Part shown: positions 10,301 to 19,800 of the stretch, in pieces | Position numbering within the stretch: position 1 is the stretch's first letter | Layout: the number at the start of each line of letters is the position of its first letter | Virus record (IMG/VR): IMGVR_UViG_3300037010_002901 | Coordinates: 5,419-69,418 of that record | Direction: 5' to 3' (one strand) | Length of the DNA stretch: 64,000 bases | Source of the DNA: a virus | The notes under the pieces: model-generated | The model's input: the letters and a program-made list of their open reading frames with translations, nothing else | What the model was told of the DNA's origin: nothing | The model's database searches: none | Position numbers and translations under genes: made by a program

Positions 10301-13300
10301 TCCGAAAATTCATCGTTTATTACGGCTAGTTTTTGCCAGCCTTCTTTTTGACCAGCTTCATCACCTTTAGATTTTGCCTCTGCTATATCTTTGGTAATCT
10401 CATGAGAGAAATTAAGCAATTTAGCCTTATGATATACTAAGGCATCAGTTTCGTAGTCAGTCAAGTGTATTTGCTTGCCATCATTGATTTCTCCAATTCG
10501 GTCGCCAATAAACTTTCCTACATTAAAATCACCGATCTCTACATCGTGTTTTGCCTTAGCAAATGTATCTGGACGTCTGCGCACAGCGTCTTTTTCAACT
10601 GGGTCTAATCCTAGGTCATCAAGCTCTTTTTCAGTCAGCTCTTTTCTGGCCCCTGTTTTTCGTGTGTCTTCATCATCTCTGAATTCAGACCTAAGATCGC
10701 TGTCAAGCCCTTTTATTTCGTCTTCGGTAATCTTGTCTCCATATTTGTCTTTAAGCTTCTGCAGGACAGTAGAAATAGCTTCTTCGATTGTTGCGCCGGT
10801 ATGCTCTACAATTGCTTTTGCCGCTTTGTAGAGCGCGGCAATTACCTCTGGTTTTTTTTCTGCTGATATATCAAGAATACCACCTAGTGATCGCGTAAGT
10901 TCCTCCAAAGCTTCAGAAACTTTTTCGCGTGTGATATCGGTTTTTTTTATGTCCGGTTCTTCGCTATTCGTTTCAGATTTGCTTCGTCCCTTGCCAGTAT
11001 CGACTTCACCTGTTTGCTTCTGTCCGTCGGTTTCTGATTTAGTTTCGGAGTTTTCATTTTGGGTTCCTTGTCCCGATGATTTTTCGCTATTGCTCTTTTC
11101 TGCACCGGCGACAGACGATCCCAAAACTTCTTGTGACTTTGCCCTCTCATAATCATCAAATATAGAATTTTTTTCTTCCTCAGACAAACTATCCCACCAA
11201 TCGTTATCTGCGGACTCCATTTGTTTTTGGATCGCTTCGTCAGCTTTAGCGTATTCGGCCTCGGCTTCCTTCATAAATTCTTCTGGAATATACTTTGCCG
11301 CATATTTCTCAAACTGATAGTCTGCCCGTTCCTGTCTGGTGTTCATTATCGAGCCATTTTCATGCTCAAAGTCCTTTTGCAATTCACTTAACATTGAGGA
11401 TTTCCCTTCGTGCCCGGTAAGTACATCGTTAATTTCTGCCCTGATCTCTTGATCGTCTAGCTGTCCCCCATGTTCTGATTCCCAGTGGCGCTTAAACTGC
11501 TGCACAAGGTCATCCATTACCGGCGCGTCTTTACTATGTGCCCAGATGCGCTTATTTAACTCTTCACGCGCCCGCATAGCGCCATCCCTATCTGCAGCGC
11601 CAAAGCCTGTTTCCGACCTCATGCTGTCAGTATGGATACGGCCGCCACTAGCAAAATACTGTAGTATCATTTGACGCGGAGTATCTGGCTCTGCCGCTGT
11701 GAGCTGTTTATTACTTTCTTTTTGCTCTTTTCCACCATTGAAGATTTCTTGTTGACCAGGTAATTGCTCGTCTGGCTTTTTACTTTCCATACGATCTATC
11801 TCCGTCTGCAGCTCCACCATTTTCTTGCGATGGCCCTCTACTATTTTTCTTTGCTCGCTGAGATTATCATCGAATAATTGTTTGTCGCCTTCTCGATTCC
11901 CAAAAATATCAATTTGTGCCTGACCGCCATTCTTTTCTAATGCGGCATTGGTGTCTTCGTACTTTTTAGTAGCCCTTTTAAGTTTAGACTTGATTTCTTT
12001 GACGCGCGCTGGGCTATACGGTTCCTCGGCTGGTTTTATCTCTTGTTTTACTGGATTATCAGTTTTCTCGGTCTCGGATTTTCTTGGCTCTTCTGATTTT
12101 TCCTGCACTGGCTCGCTTGCTTCTTGCGCAGGGGTCTCGGCACGTTCTTTAACTTTTTCTGCTGCCTTTTCCTCTTCTGCATCTTTTTTTTCAGTAAAGT
12201 CATCGACAAACTTTTCTGGCATAAGATCAGCTGCCTTTTCCTTGAATGATTCTAGGCGTTGTTTTCGTAACTCGTCGTCTTTCATTCCTGCTATATCTTC
12301 CCGCTCTTTTGATAAAGTAGGCTCAGAATCTACATAGGCTGATAATAATTCATCATCTTTCAAAAGGGTTTTGCCTTTTTCTACTTTTAGGCTTTCGCGT
12401 TCTGTTCGGTGCTGTCCGACCGCTTGAATCATATCCTGGCCAGCTTGGTCTATTTTATTTTGAATGTCTGTTTTAACTGCTTCACTGTTTGCCAGCTTCA
12501 AAGAGGTGTGTAGCTGATCAATTTTTTCCTGATATGGTTTTGCAACCATAAGTTCCTCTGCGGTCCAGTCAGGAGGAAGTTTTTTTATAATTTCAGATGT
12601 CTGTTTTGCGTCGTTCAATACTTTCATTCCTTGAGCATAATCAATAGTTCCAGCTTTTATACCATCATTGATTGGCTGCTCTATTTCTGGAAGTCTTCTG
12701 GCTATTGCGACATCGTATATATCTTTAATATTCTTTGGTAGTTTCAATCCAGATGATACCATGCCAGTAAGTACATGCAGAAAAGCACCAGAATATACCG
12801 CTTTTTCTACATCAGTAGTCGGGTCTTTGCCTTCCAATAAATTTTGCACCACTTGACCGGCGCCAAATATGCTACTGGTACCAGCGCCACTTAGTAGGAA
12901 TTGTTTCAATGCTGCATATTCCGTTTCTGGCAAAACAAGTGACTCAAGCTTGCCTGAGACTCCGGGCATCAATGCGCCTATGACCGCTTGGGTTCCTCCT
13001 TCTTTCAAAGCTATATCTTTGGCATAGGCTATAGCATCCTTATCGGACATCCCTTTATTCTTTGCTTCAACATAGCCCTTATATAGACCTTGGCCGCTGC
13101 CTTGGGCTCCCATGAGGGTAGCGCCAATCATTGCTTCAGGAAGACCAGTAGAAGCCCCCAATACCATGCCGGCTGCCAGTGGCGCTACCCCGCCAAGCAC
13201 TTCAGAAGACTTTGCCAAAATGCCTTTTGACTCTGTAGGTTCCAGATACATTTCCATGATCTGTTTACGCCTCAGCTCAGTAGCAAGCTGGCTATCATTC

Positions 13301-14262
13301 ATACTAAGTCCATCAAACATTAGCTTCATATCATCGAGCGCACCACCTGCGCCGTGAAGAAATGCACCGGTCATATTTTTGCCCCATTCAATAGGGTTAT
13401 CCCCTTCTACTGAATATACTTTCACGCCATCTTTATCCGGGACAAATCCTACCGTATTTTGATACGCTTTAATTGAAGCCTGCATAGCTTGAGTTACTGC
13501 CTGATACTTTTCATGTGCTTCATTTCGGTCCTTATAATATTGAACTTGTTTATCAAAAAGATCTCCTACAGTAGCATTATCCGGTAGTCCAGCCCTTTTT
13601 GCCCTGTCATAAATAGTTTCCTTGATCGCTTGTTCTGGGTTCCCATTTACAGTTGCAGTTGGCTCATATTGCGGCGTCCCATAAGATTGCAAAGCTGCGT
13701 CAGCTATTCGTTGCTTTCTTATGTCATCAATCTGAGCTTTCAAAATCTCTTTTCTTTTTGGGTCAGAGGCTTTGTCATATTGTTCCATCAAATTATTGAT
13801 AGCCTGCAGTTGTGGCTCCTTGCCAATTGCCTCTATTGCTTGAGAAGTAGTGACTATCTTATCCAATGACTCATTAGCTGTTTTTTGAGTCTCTGGGTTG
13901 TTAAGAAACTTTCTAGTTTCTGCCATTGCGGTCTCAACTGCGGTCTCAACGGGGACTTTTGCTTTTTCCTCTTTTTTTTGCTTTTCAGCATAGTTATCCA
14001 AAGTTTTCTGCGCTTTTTCCGGTATTACCGGTTTATTTTTTGTGCCGATCGGCAGAGATTGATTTGCACTACCACTCCACTCGTATCCACCTTGAGAGGG
14101 CTGAGAAGATTGTTTTTTTATAGGCTGAGAAGAAACTTCGGGACCAGAATTTTTTTTTTCATTTGTGACCTCTGCATCGGATGGTGGCACAAAGCTATTC
14201 TTAGCCGTAGTTTCTACTTCGGCATCAGATGGTGGTACGAATTTATTTTTGTCGTTTGGCAT
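7312..14262 (-). CDS. large internal virion/ejection protein (2316 aa)
   Basis: Gly/Ala hydrophobic N-terminal helices, long charged coiled regions, position after tail genes; no RNA polymerase DFDGD-type motif. Confidence 0.65.
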   Translation of the reverse strand: MPNDKNKFVPPSDAEVETTAKNSFVPPSDAEVTNEKKNSGPEVSSQPIKKQSSQPSQGGYEWSGSANQSLPIGTKNKPVIPEKAQKTLDNYAEKQKKEEKAKVPVETAVETAMAETRKFLNNPETQKTANESLDKIVTTSQAIEAIGKEPQLQAINNLMEQYDKASDPKRKEILKAQIDDIRKQRIADAALQSYGTPQYEPTATVNGNPEQAIKETIYDRAKRAGLPDNATVGDLFDKQVQYYKDRNEAHEKYQAVTQAMQASIKAYQNTVGFVPDKDGVKVYSVEGDNPIEWGKNMTGAFLHGAGGALDDMKLMFDGLSMNDSQLATELRRKQIMEMYLEPTESKGILAKSSEVLGGVAPLAAGMVLGASTGLPEAMIGATLMGAQGSGQGLYKGYVEAKNKGMSDKDAIAYAKDIALKEGGTQAVIGALMPGVSGKLESLVLPETEYAALKQFLLSGAGTSSIFGAGQVVQNLLEGKDPTTDVEKAVYSGAFLHVLTGMVSSGLKLPKNIKDIYDVAIARRLPEIEQPINDGIKAGTIDYAQGMKVLNDAKQTSEIIKKLPPDWTAEELMVAKPYQEKIDQLHTSLKLANSEAVKTDIQNKIDQAGQDMIQAVGQHRTERESLKVEKGKTLLKDDELLSAYVDSEPTLSKEREDIAGMKDDELRKQRLESFKEKAADLMPEKFVDDFTEKKDAEEEKAAEKVKERAETPAQEASEPVQEKSEEPRKSETEKTDNPVKQEIKPAEEPYSPARVKEIKSKLKRATKKYEDTNAALEKNGGQAQIDIFGNREGDKQLFDDNLSEQRKIVEGHRKKMVELQTEIDRMESKKPDEQLPGQQEIFNGGKEQKESNKQLTAAEPDTPRQMILQYFASGGRIHTDSMRSETGFGAADRDGAMRAREELNKRIWAHSKDAPVMDDLVQQFKRHWESEHGGQLDDQEIRAEINDVLTGHEGKSSMLSELQKDFEHENGSIMNTRQERADYQFEKYAAKYIPEEFMKEAEAEYAKADEAIQKQMESADNDWWDSLSEEEKNSIFDDYERAKSQEVLGSSVAGAEKSNSEKSSGQGTQNENSETKSETDGQKQTGEVDTGKGRSKSETNSEEPDIKKTDITREKVSEALEELTRSLGGILDISAEKKPEVIAALYKAAKAIVEHTGATIEEAISTVLQKLKDKYGDKITEDEIKGLDSDLRSEFRDDEDTRKTGARKELTEKELDDLGLDPVEKDAVRRRPDTFAKAKHDVEIGDFNVGKFIGDRIGEINDGKQIHLTDYETDALVYHKAKLLNFSHEITKDIAEAKSKGDEAGQKEGWQKLAVINDEFSDTAKVLKRGLSTAGRTLRSAKDEIASDYTFLGQMAQIKAEHDTVSPDTEKVIFEQTTKIKELQKELDDLQKRRKAKSDGDTVEQTKKSVRGNRIRSKEDIQAERKEIVSKIKERTAALLHKAATASGAAKSLAMDDETTSDIAKEIAPLVYDLFKGYVEEALGDAKGAAAKIELPEIVEKIKNELADVKDLSERHIRDAISGYGKIKETRTKTELQSQVERLKKEAKELSIKEDVKSGDIYPPEDTRILKNIEAQIRKLQDKINAGDFSKTSSREIPEIAKSAKEALDTLRKAYKDAEYQAVKDAKIKDPRDQAAIQRMTKQIEDLAKSIEAIDKGTYVESGKKMPVVLSAEGQKIKEALDQSKEEFKNRKAAAIEAGELPDPRGKAKLTRLKNTIGKIEEKIKNGDYSKEERKPPVPLTPEMHQIQAKINAAKDKIDLERAKLDYAAKPGWQKAVDWIPRLNRFNILTSPKIIGKLIAAGAWQLSVTPLRKSIQTGLGKTVLKSVAEKAPTEGRLSVKQLAENYNQLMKKAFYKDIPNTFKEGKSEIYGFGTERKSIPTEPTHFTDYVNNSHAVAKLLPFRSEYYASRQAATEYAIRQGWDLNDLATENTIHTLALDNAERNIFKSPNAVSKKYQGMIDNLKTTGTIGYMAATALDVIFPVKTIPLNIMKDLSSYVGGGAAAYGRVKKVGGVEHLSAEDADYVMRNAGKNIVGAIGIAAAYGLASSAFGGLYHKGDVIHADDQEKESYRVTVAGKEIDVPAWALHHPVIIGTMIGADVKKQMQDGEKEMKHVDLSTAIGKSTISVLESIPFLSGPANLFEAARDKKDPAHKLNIWAAKEVRNIAEPSVVQHYAKEHDVDEFGNKIRRKEDSFTDVMKAGIPKLRQTLPESMNLYYKDKVNKNIRDFAAQNPDADQEQIINHYEENMPDKYKSGAGLTKKKVKNMADEARLGDDQIHFKRMKAAEQADMWKKLTPDQKERYKELLHKSNKGLTDED

Positions 14263-15956
14263 TACTTATTTTTCTTTTTGATATACATGATACCATCGGG
14301 GCCCATTACTTTATCACCTGGTTTGGCCACCTTCCATTGAGAATCAAACTCTGCTTGAGTCGTTGCTTTTGCCGGAGTAGCTGGCTTGCTATTGCCAGGT
14401 ATATATGTACTTGCCTTTTTGATAAGACTTGCTGCACGTTGAATCACACTTGGTGAGTTATTCGCTCCTTCTATGGAAGACTCTACTTTTGCGTCCGGCG
14501 CTAGTACTTGGGGACCATATGTGTTTTCAACATATTTTTTGTTGTTATACCCCATACCTGGCTCAAACTCTTTCTTGCCTGCTTTTTCTACTCCTTTCCA
14601 AGAAGAAGACACGTCTTTTGATCCGTTGTTTTTTAATATCGGAGACATATAATCTTGTATGAACTTGCTTTTTGGCATTTCTACAAATGGATCTGGTGTT
14701 TTTTTCTTTTTAAATGCTTCTTCACTCAGGTTTGTATAGACCTTTATCCGATCAGGATTACTCACGTCCACCTTAGTAATATACTCTGGAACTTGGCGAC
14801 CTTCTGCATTCAGCCATATGCCTACTTTCTCGCCAGTAAGATCAGCGGCAATTGTATTGCCCTGTTCATCCTGATACGTCTCCCCCCTGCCAGCCAAAGA
14901 GTTTTGTACTCTATGGTATTGAGCTATTCCAAGTTCTTCTTCCTTCTGCTGATCTAAACCTTTATTGGCTGCATGAACTGCTACTTTTCTGTTTGCCGCT
15001 ATGTCAGCATCTTCATGAGAATTTTTATATGCCTTAGTCATCCACGGTTTTATTCTATAACTAGCATATATCTCTTCGGGCTTTACATATCTGCCTGTTT
15101 CCTGCAAAATTTTATCTGACTGTAGATATGCTTGGCGGGTCAGTGGAGCATTTACCGGATTGTTCATTTCATCGACAAAGTGCTTGTATGCTTTTGGGTC
15201 ACTAATGACCGCAGCGGCAAATTGCTCTCTCCCGCTTGTGCCGGGAATAGGATTTCCGTCTTTATCTTTTTGAGCTGGGCTGTCTGTACCTTCATACCTT
15301 ACTTTGTTGCTTCCTTGGTTTTCCTCCCACTCAGTTTTCTTGTTTTTTGTAAGATCATTTAGGTATTTGTTTACATCCCATTTGTCTGCTGGGTCCAAAA
15401 GAGTACTGCCGAGCTGTACACGCGGATGCTTACCAGATAGATAGTCAGACATTGGAATTGTAGCCGCTGTTCTCAGGTTTGTTTCTGAACTGGGATGAAA
15501 ATTTAAACCTTTATCATTTTGAAATTGCTTGCCTTCATCGGCAATTTGTTTTTGAAGACCCGAAGAAGTATTGATCAATACTTTTTGAGCATTCATCATG
15601 GCACTAACCTTCTGATATTCCTCTGCATTCTTTGGGTCAAATGGATCTTTATCGCTTGCATATGCCTGTGTGACATATTTATTTATGACATCTTGCGCCT
15701 CTAAGACTGGGTTTTTATCAATAGGGCGAATACCTGACGGGTCTACTTGTACGTCCAAAATTGCTTTTTTTCGCCGTTCAATTTCTTTTTGCTCGTCCGC
15801 CGCCTTTTGATTTTGCCAGTCAATGTTTCTCTGAGCGGCTTTCTCCATAGCCATTTGGCTCTCATGGCCATGCTCGTCAGCAGGCACAAATGCACCTACA
15901 CCGACGCCAGCTACATTCTGACCATAATCATCCCAATTTAATATTTGTCCGTTCAT
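14262..15956 (-). CDS. putative ejection/cargo protein
   Basis: Position between the Gly-rich pilot-like gene and the giant gene; TAATG overlap. Confidence 0.55.
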   Translation of the reverse strand: MNGQILNWDDYGQNVAGVGVGAFVPADEHGHESQMAMEKAAQRNIDWQNQKAADEQKEIERRKKAILDVQVDPSGIRPIDKNPVLEAQDVINKYVTQAYASDKDPFDPKNAEEYQKVSAMMNAQKVLINTSSGLQKQIADEGKQFQNDKGLNFHPSSETNLRTAATIPMSDYLSGKHPRVQLGSTLLDPADKWDVNKYLNDLTKNKKTEWEENQGSNKVRYEGTDSPAQKDKDGNPIPGTSGREQFAAAVISDPKAYKHFVDEMNNPVNAPLTRQAYLQSDKILQETGRYVKPEEIYASYRIKPWMTKAYKNSHEDADIAANRKVAVHAANKGLDQQKEEELGIAQYHRVQNSLAGRGETYQDEQGNTIAADLTGEKVGIWLNAEGRQVPEYITKVDVSNPDRIKVYTNLSEEAFKKKKTPDPFVEMPKSKFIQDYMSPILKNNGSKDVSSSWKGVEKAGKKEFEPGMGYNNKKYVENTYGPQVLAPDAKVESSIEGANNSPSVIQRAASLIKKASTYIPGNSKPATPAKATTQAEFDSQWKVAKPGDKVMGPDGIMYIKKKNK

Positions 15957-15965
15957 TCCAGATAT

Positions 15966-16784
15966 TTATCTCATAATACTTCCAATGCCCCCTAAGCCCC
16001 AGTTCATATTGGATGGAGACTGGGAAATATCAATAGGAACATTAGACCCTGATAAGTTTGAATAGTCTGAGCCATCTCCTTGTTGCGCATTACTGCCATC
16101 AACACGATTTGCGAAATAAGATTCATCGCCGCCAGATGTTGGGTTTACAACTGGACTGGTCGTAGATGGACTGCCACCGATCGGCACTCCCATTCCTATC
16201 ATTGCCCCATTGGTAGCTAAACCGAGAACCCCGCCTACTGTATTTTTTATAGCCCCATATTTATTTGCTGTAGCTGCGTTTGACAGTGCCCCGGCCTGAG
16301 AGTTAAGTTTTGCCTGTTGCATTCTTTTTATAGTCTCAAGATTGTTCTTTTCAGACCCTACTTGCCACATAGTATTAACCAAACTATTTACGTTGTTTTC
16401 ATGAGCCTGAGCATCTTGCTCGGCAAGTGCTACTTTTGAGGCATTGCTACTATTATTCATACCTGATATGGTTCCCAATAAGTCACTGCCACTACCGGAT
16501 GCCTCTCTTGCTGCACGAATTGAGTTTCCTAGGTGCTCGTCAAGTTGAGAATTATACGCATTAATATTTGCAATGCCATGATTTGCCAAAGCGGTTTTTA
16601 AATCCAGCGCTTGTTGAAATTCTTTTTGCAATGGACCTGTGGTGAGGTGCGCAGATGTATCAGATAGTTTCTTAGCCTGATCTTGCTGTTTTTTTGCAAG
16701 AGCCGCTTGAGAGAACGAATTTGCAAGGGTTCCGAAAGAATCTAAAATCCCCCCAAAAGCTGAACTTGTGCCGATTCCGTCCAT
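15966..16784 (-). CDS. putative ejection (pilot-like) protein
   Basis: Gly/Ala/Gln/Asn-rich with hydrophobic ends; TACTTTTG promoter near 16807-16814. Confidence 0.55.
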   Translation of the reverse strand: MDGIGTSSAFGGILDSFGTLANSFSQAALAKKQQDQAKKLSDTSAHLTTGPLQKEFQQALDLKTALANHGIANINAYNSQLDEHLGNSIRAAREASGSGSDLLGTISGMNNSSNASKVALAEQDAQAHENNVNSLVNTMWQVGSEKNNLETIKRMQQAKLNSQAGALSNAATANKYGAIKNTVGGVLGLATNGAMIGMGVPIGGSPSTTSPVVNPTSGGDESYFANRVDGSNAQQGDGSDYSNLSGSNVPIDISQSPSNMNWGLGGIGSIMR

Positions 16785-16819
16785 AGATATCTTGTTTAGG
16801 TTACACCAAAAGTAACAAA

Positions 16820-19800
16820 TTATTTTATTTGTCCCTTAGAAGACGAATACATAACACGAATTTCCCTTAGTGATACTTTGTCGTTGCTTGGGTTTTCTAC
16901 ATCTACAGTAAGCGAGTTACTTTGCAAAATATTTCCTTCCAACAAAGGATATGTTTTGTTGAGAGTATTCACATCCCGAAGAAAAAAAGCGTGCCAAAAC
17001 TGGAACCACCTTTCAAAATTTCTATTTGGTATGTTTGATTCCTGACCCACTATGTTGGTTACACTTGAGCAAAACCAATCAAATAAACCATTATCCTGCC
17101 TTTGATCAAGTAGAATTGCCCACCAGTTTTTTATTTCCTTCGGAAGAATATTGAAAACAAACCGTATTAAACTAGAGTATTTCACTCCATAAAACCTATT
17201 CATCCCTGCCGGAGTATTGTCTTTGTCATGAATCCACAATGACCCGTTTTTGAATGAGATCAGTTCTTTGGAGAAATTTCCATAGTAATCTGGCAGGAAG
17301 GAATATGTAGAACACCATTTATTTTTTGGCTCGCAAAATGATATTGTAACTCCTGTACCTTTGCTATATAAAGTTGCATTTATGAACGCGTCAGATATAC
17401 CATTCACTAAAACAGTAAGTGTATTTCCAGATATATATGATACCGTACCTTTTATACGCTGGTATTGACCACTGTGCATATGTGTGCCACTTATTCCCAC
17501 TATGTCTCCAAGTACTATTCCCAAAGAGGAAACCAAAACATTCAAATTTACATTTACAGTTTTCCTAATAGGATTATAAAAAGTGCTTGATATTTTTGTT
17601 TCTACCGTTGGGTAAATAGTCATAATATACTCTTCATATGCTTTGTCAAAAGCTGAGGGAGAGCTCCAAATTTCAACGCCCCTGTATCTATTAAAAAACC
17701 CCTTGGCATTGTAATTTGATATTTGATGAAATCCATTGCTGCTATATCTCCATGCAAGACCCTGGTTTGCATCCCAGCCATACACATACCCTTGCCATTG
17801 CCTAATACTTTCAGGATTTTGACTTCCATACTCCGCCTCAAATGCTCGTGTATTTCCGAAGAATGAGTCCGTGACCTGCATCAAACCTTGACCGCCTTGA
17901 TCTCTTGCTAAAATAGCGCCAAGATATATAGATGTGTTTTTATTGTCACAGACAATTAATAAAACTTGCCCTATCAACATAAACCGTCTAATCTCTCCAT
18001 TGGAAATGCTGATGTCGTCTTTATCATTAAGGGGCTCAAAGCTACTCAGCCCATTAAGTTGAGTGCCGGCAATAAATACATTGGACAACCTAAGTTTCGT
18101 TGGATAATGTTGCTGCTTAAAATATGGGTCCGAAATCCCCACTCGACCTATATCCCAAGATTTACTATTGAAGAAATCGGACAACCCTCGATCTTCTATC
18201 AAATAATTTGTTGACTCGAAAATATAGTGAGCTGGGTCATTTACAAGATACTGTCGTCTTCTCCAATATGTATCTCCGCATGTAAGAACAATAGGGTTTT
18301 GAGTAAAGTCATTATTATCGCTGCCCGGATTAGTACATAGAAACGTTTCCCCTACTTCATAAAATATCAGCTTGTCTTGCTCGACGGTTGTTTTTGGATG
18401 AAGTACTTCAAATAGTATTCCTGCAGATAGCTCAGGCAATGACACAGAATTTCTGACAATGATAGATTGCAATACTGAGTCATACCCTGTGACATCTAAC
18501 TCATAAAGCTGAGTATATTTCACACCGTTCGCATCTGAAATCAATCTTATTCTATCTCCAGCTTGGTAGCTATATGCCAATACTGAATCTGGATTAGATC
18601 GCTGAAAATCCACAAGGTTTTTCAAACTTATATAAATGTTTGTTGCATCGCCGGCTTGATACGAAGATACTACCGGCTTTACATAAGTTGATGTTGGTGT
18701 AGTTGTACTGACTGACGATACAATATTACCTCCGGAGATGGTATTAGTAGTGAGTACCGTGTTTGCACCAGCGTTCTCCGCCGAACTATATCCTATATTG
18801 CTTACATAGGTGATTTCGTTTGCCATCCATACAAGGTAATCAGATTCATACTGATTCAAAGCAAGCAAAATTTGGTAGGACACAGCAAATTTAGACGGCT
18901 TGAAATTCAATTTTACTGTAGTTTTTACTTTGCCGTACTTATAGGTACCCACTGGATATTGATCAGGGTAGTAATCGTGCAGATCCTCGGTAATGAATGG
19001 AATAGTAAATATGCACTTTTGATTCGTCATAACCGTATTAACGCGGCCTGCTGCATCATACTCCCTGTACCCAACTTGGTAGACCCCACCCCTCTTTAAT
19101 GATTTGCCAAAGGGATCATAATTTGCAATTAGACTATACCCTGCAGCAGCATATGTTGCTGGCATAGTCAGAAACCGGATGGCTTGCGGGTTATTATTTA
19201 TATTATTGGTCGTGCCATTATACTGAATGATAAGGTCTGAAAATAATCTATGGGGAGTAGAAAGATCGATATATCCCAATACTACAGAATAGACCAATAA
19301 TTTGTAATATCCATCAACATCGGTAGTCACTACCCTTCCGCAATATCCAAATATTACAGTAGCTCCAGATATGCCATTACCTTGGGAATCTACAAACCTC
19401 CCTGTGATCGTGGTGCTCATAGAGTTTATCGCTACAGCGTCGGACACGCAGAAGAGAAATTGATATGCTTTTTTTACATCTGGGAAATTTATGCCCCCTA
19501 CTTGAGTTGATATATCGACACTTGAAGCCGACAATATCGCATTATCTATGTCTTGCAGGATTGAATTACTAATGAATGGTACAAGGGTTTTTGTATCATA
19601 TAAATAGTTCGTGCCCGCTATGTAAGCAATTCTAAATCTGAACTTAAAACTCCCCTCTATGTCAGGGCTATCTTGCTCAAAGTTCCATATTGCTCTGTAG
19701 AAATACCCATTGTGATCTATGACAGACGTATATGTCGTTCCTGCTATTCCAGTATCTATTCCAGTAGCAACCATTTCAAATATTTGCCCTTCTATCCTTG

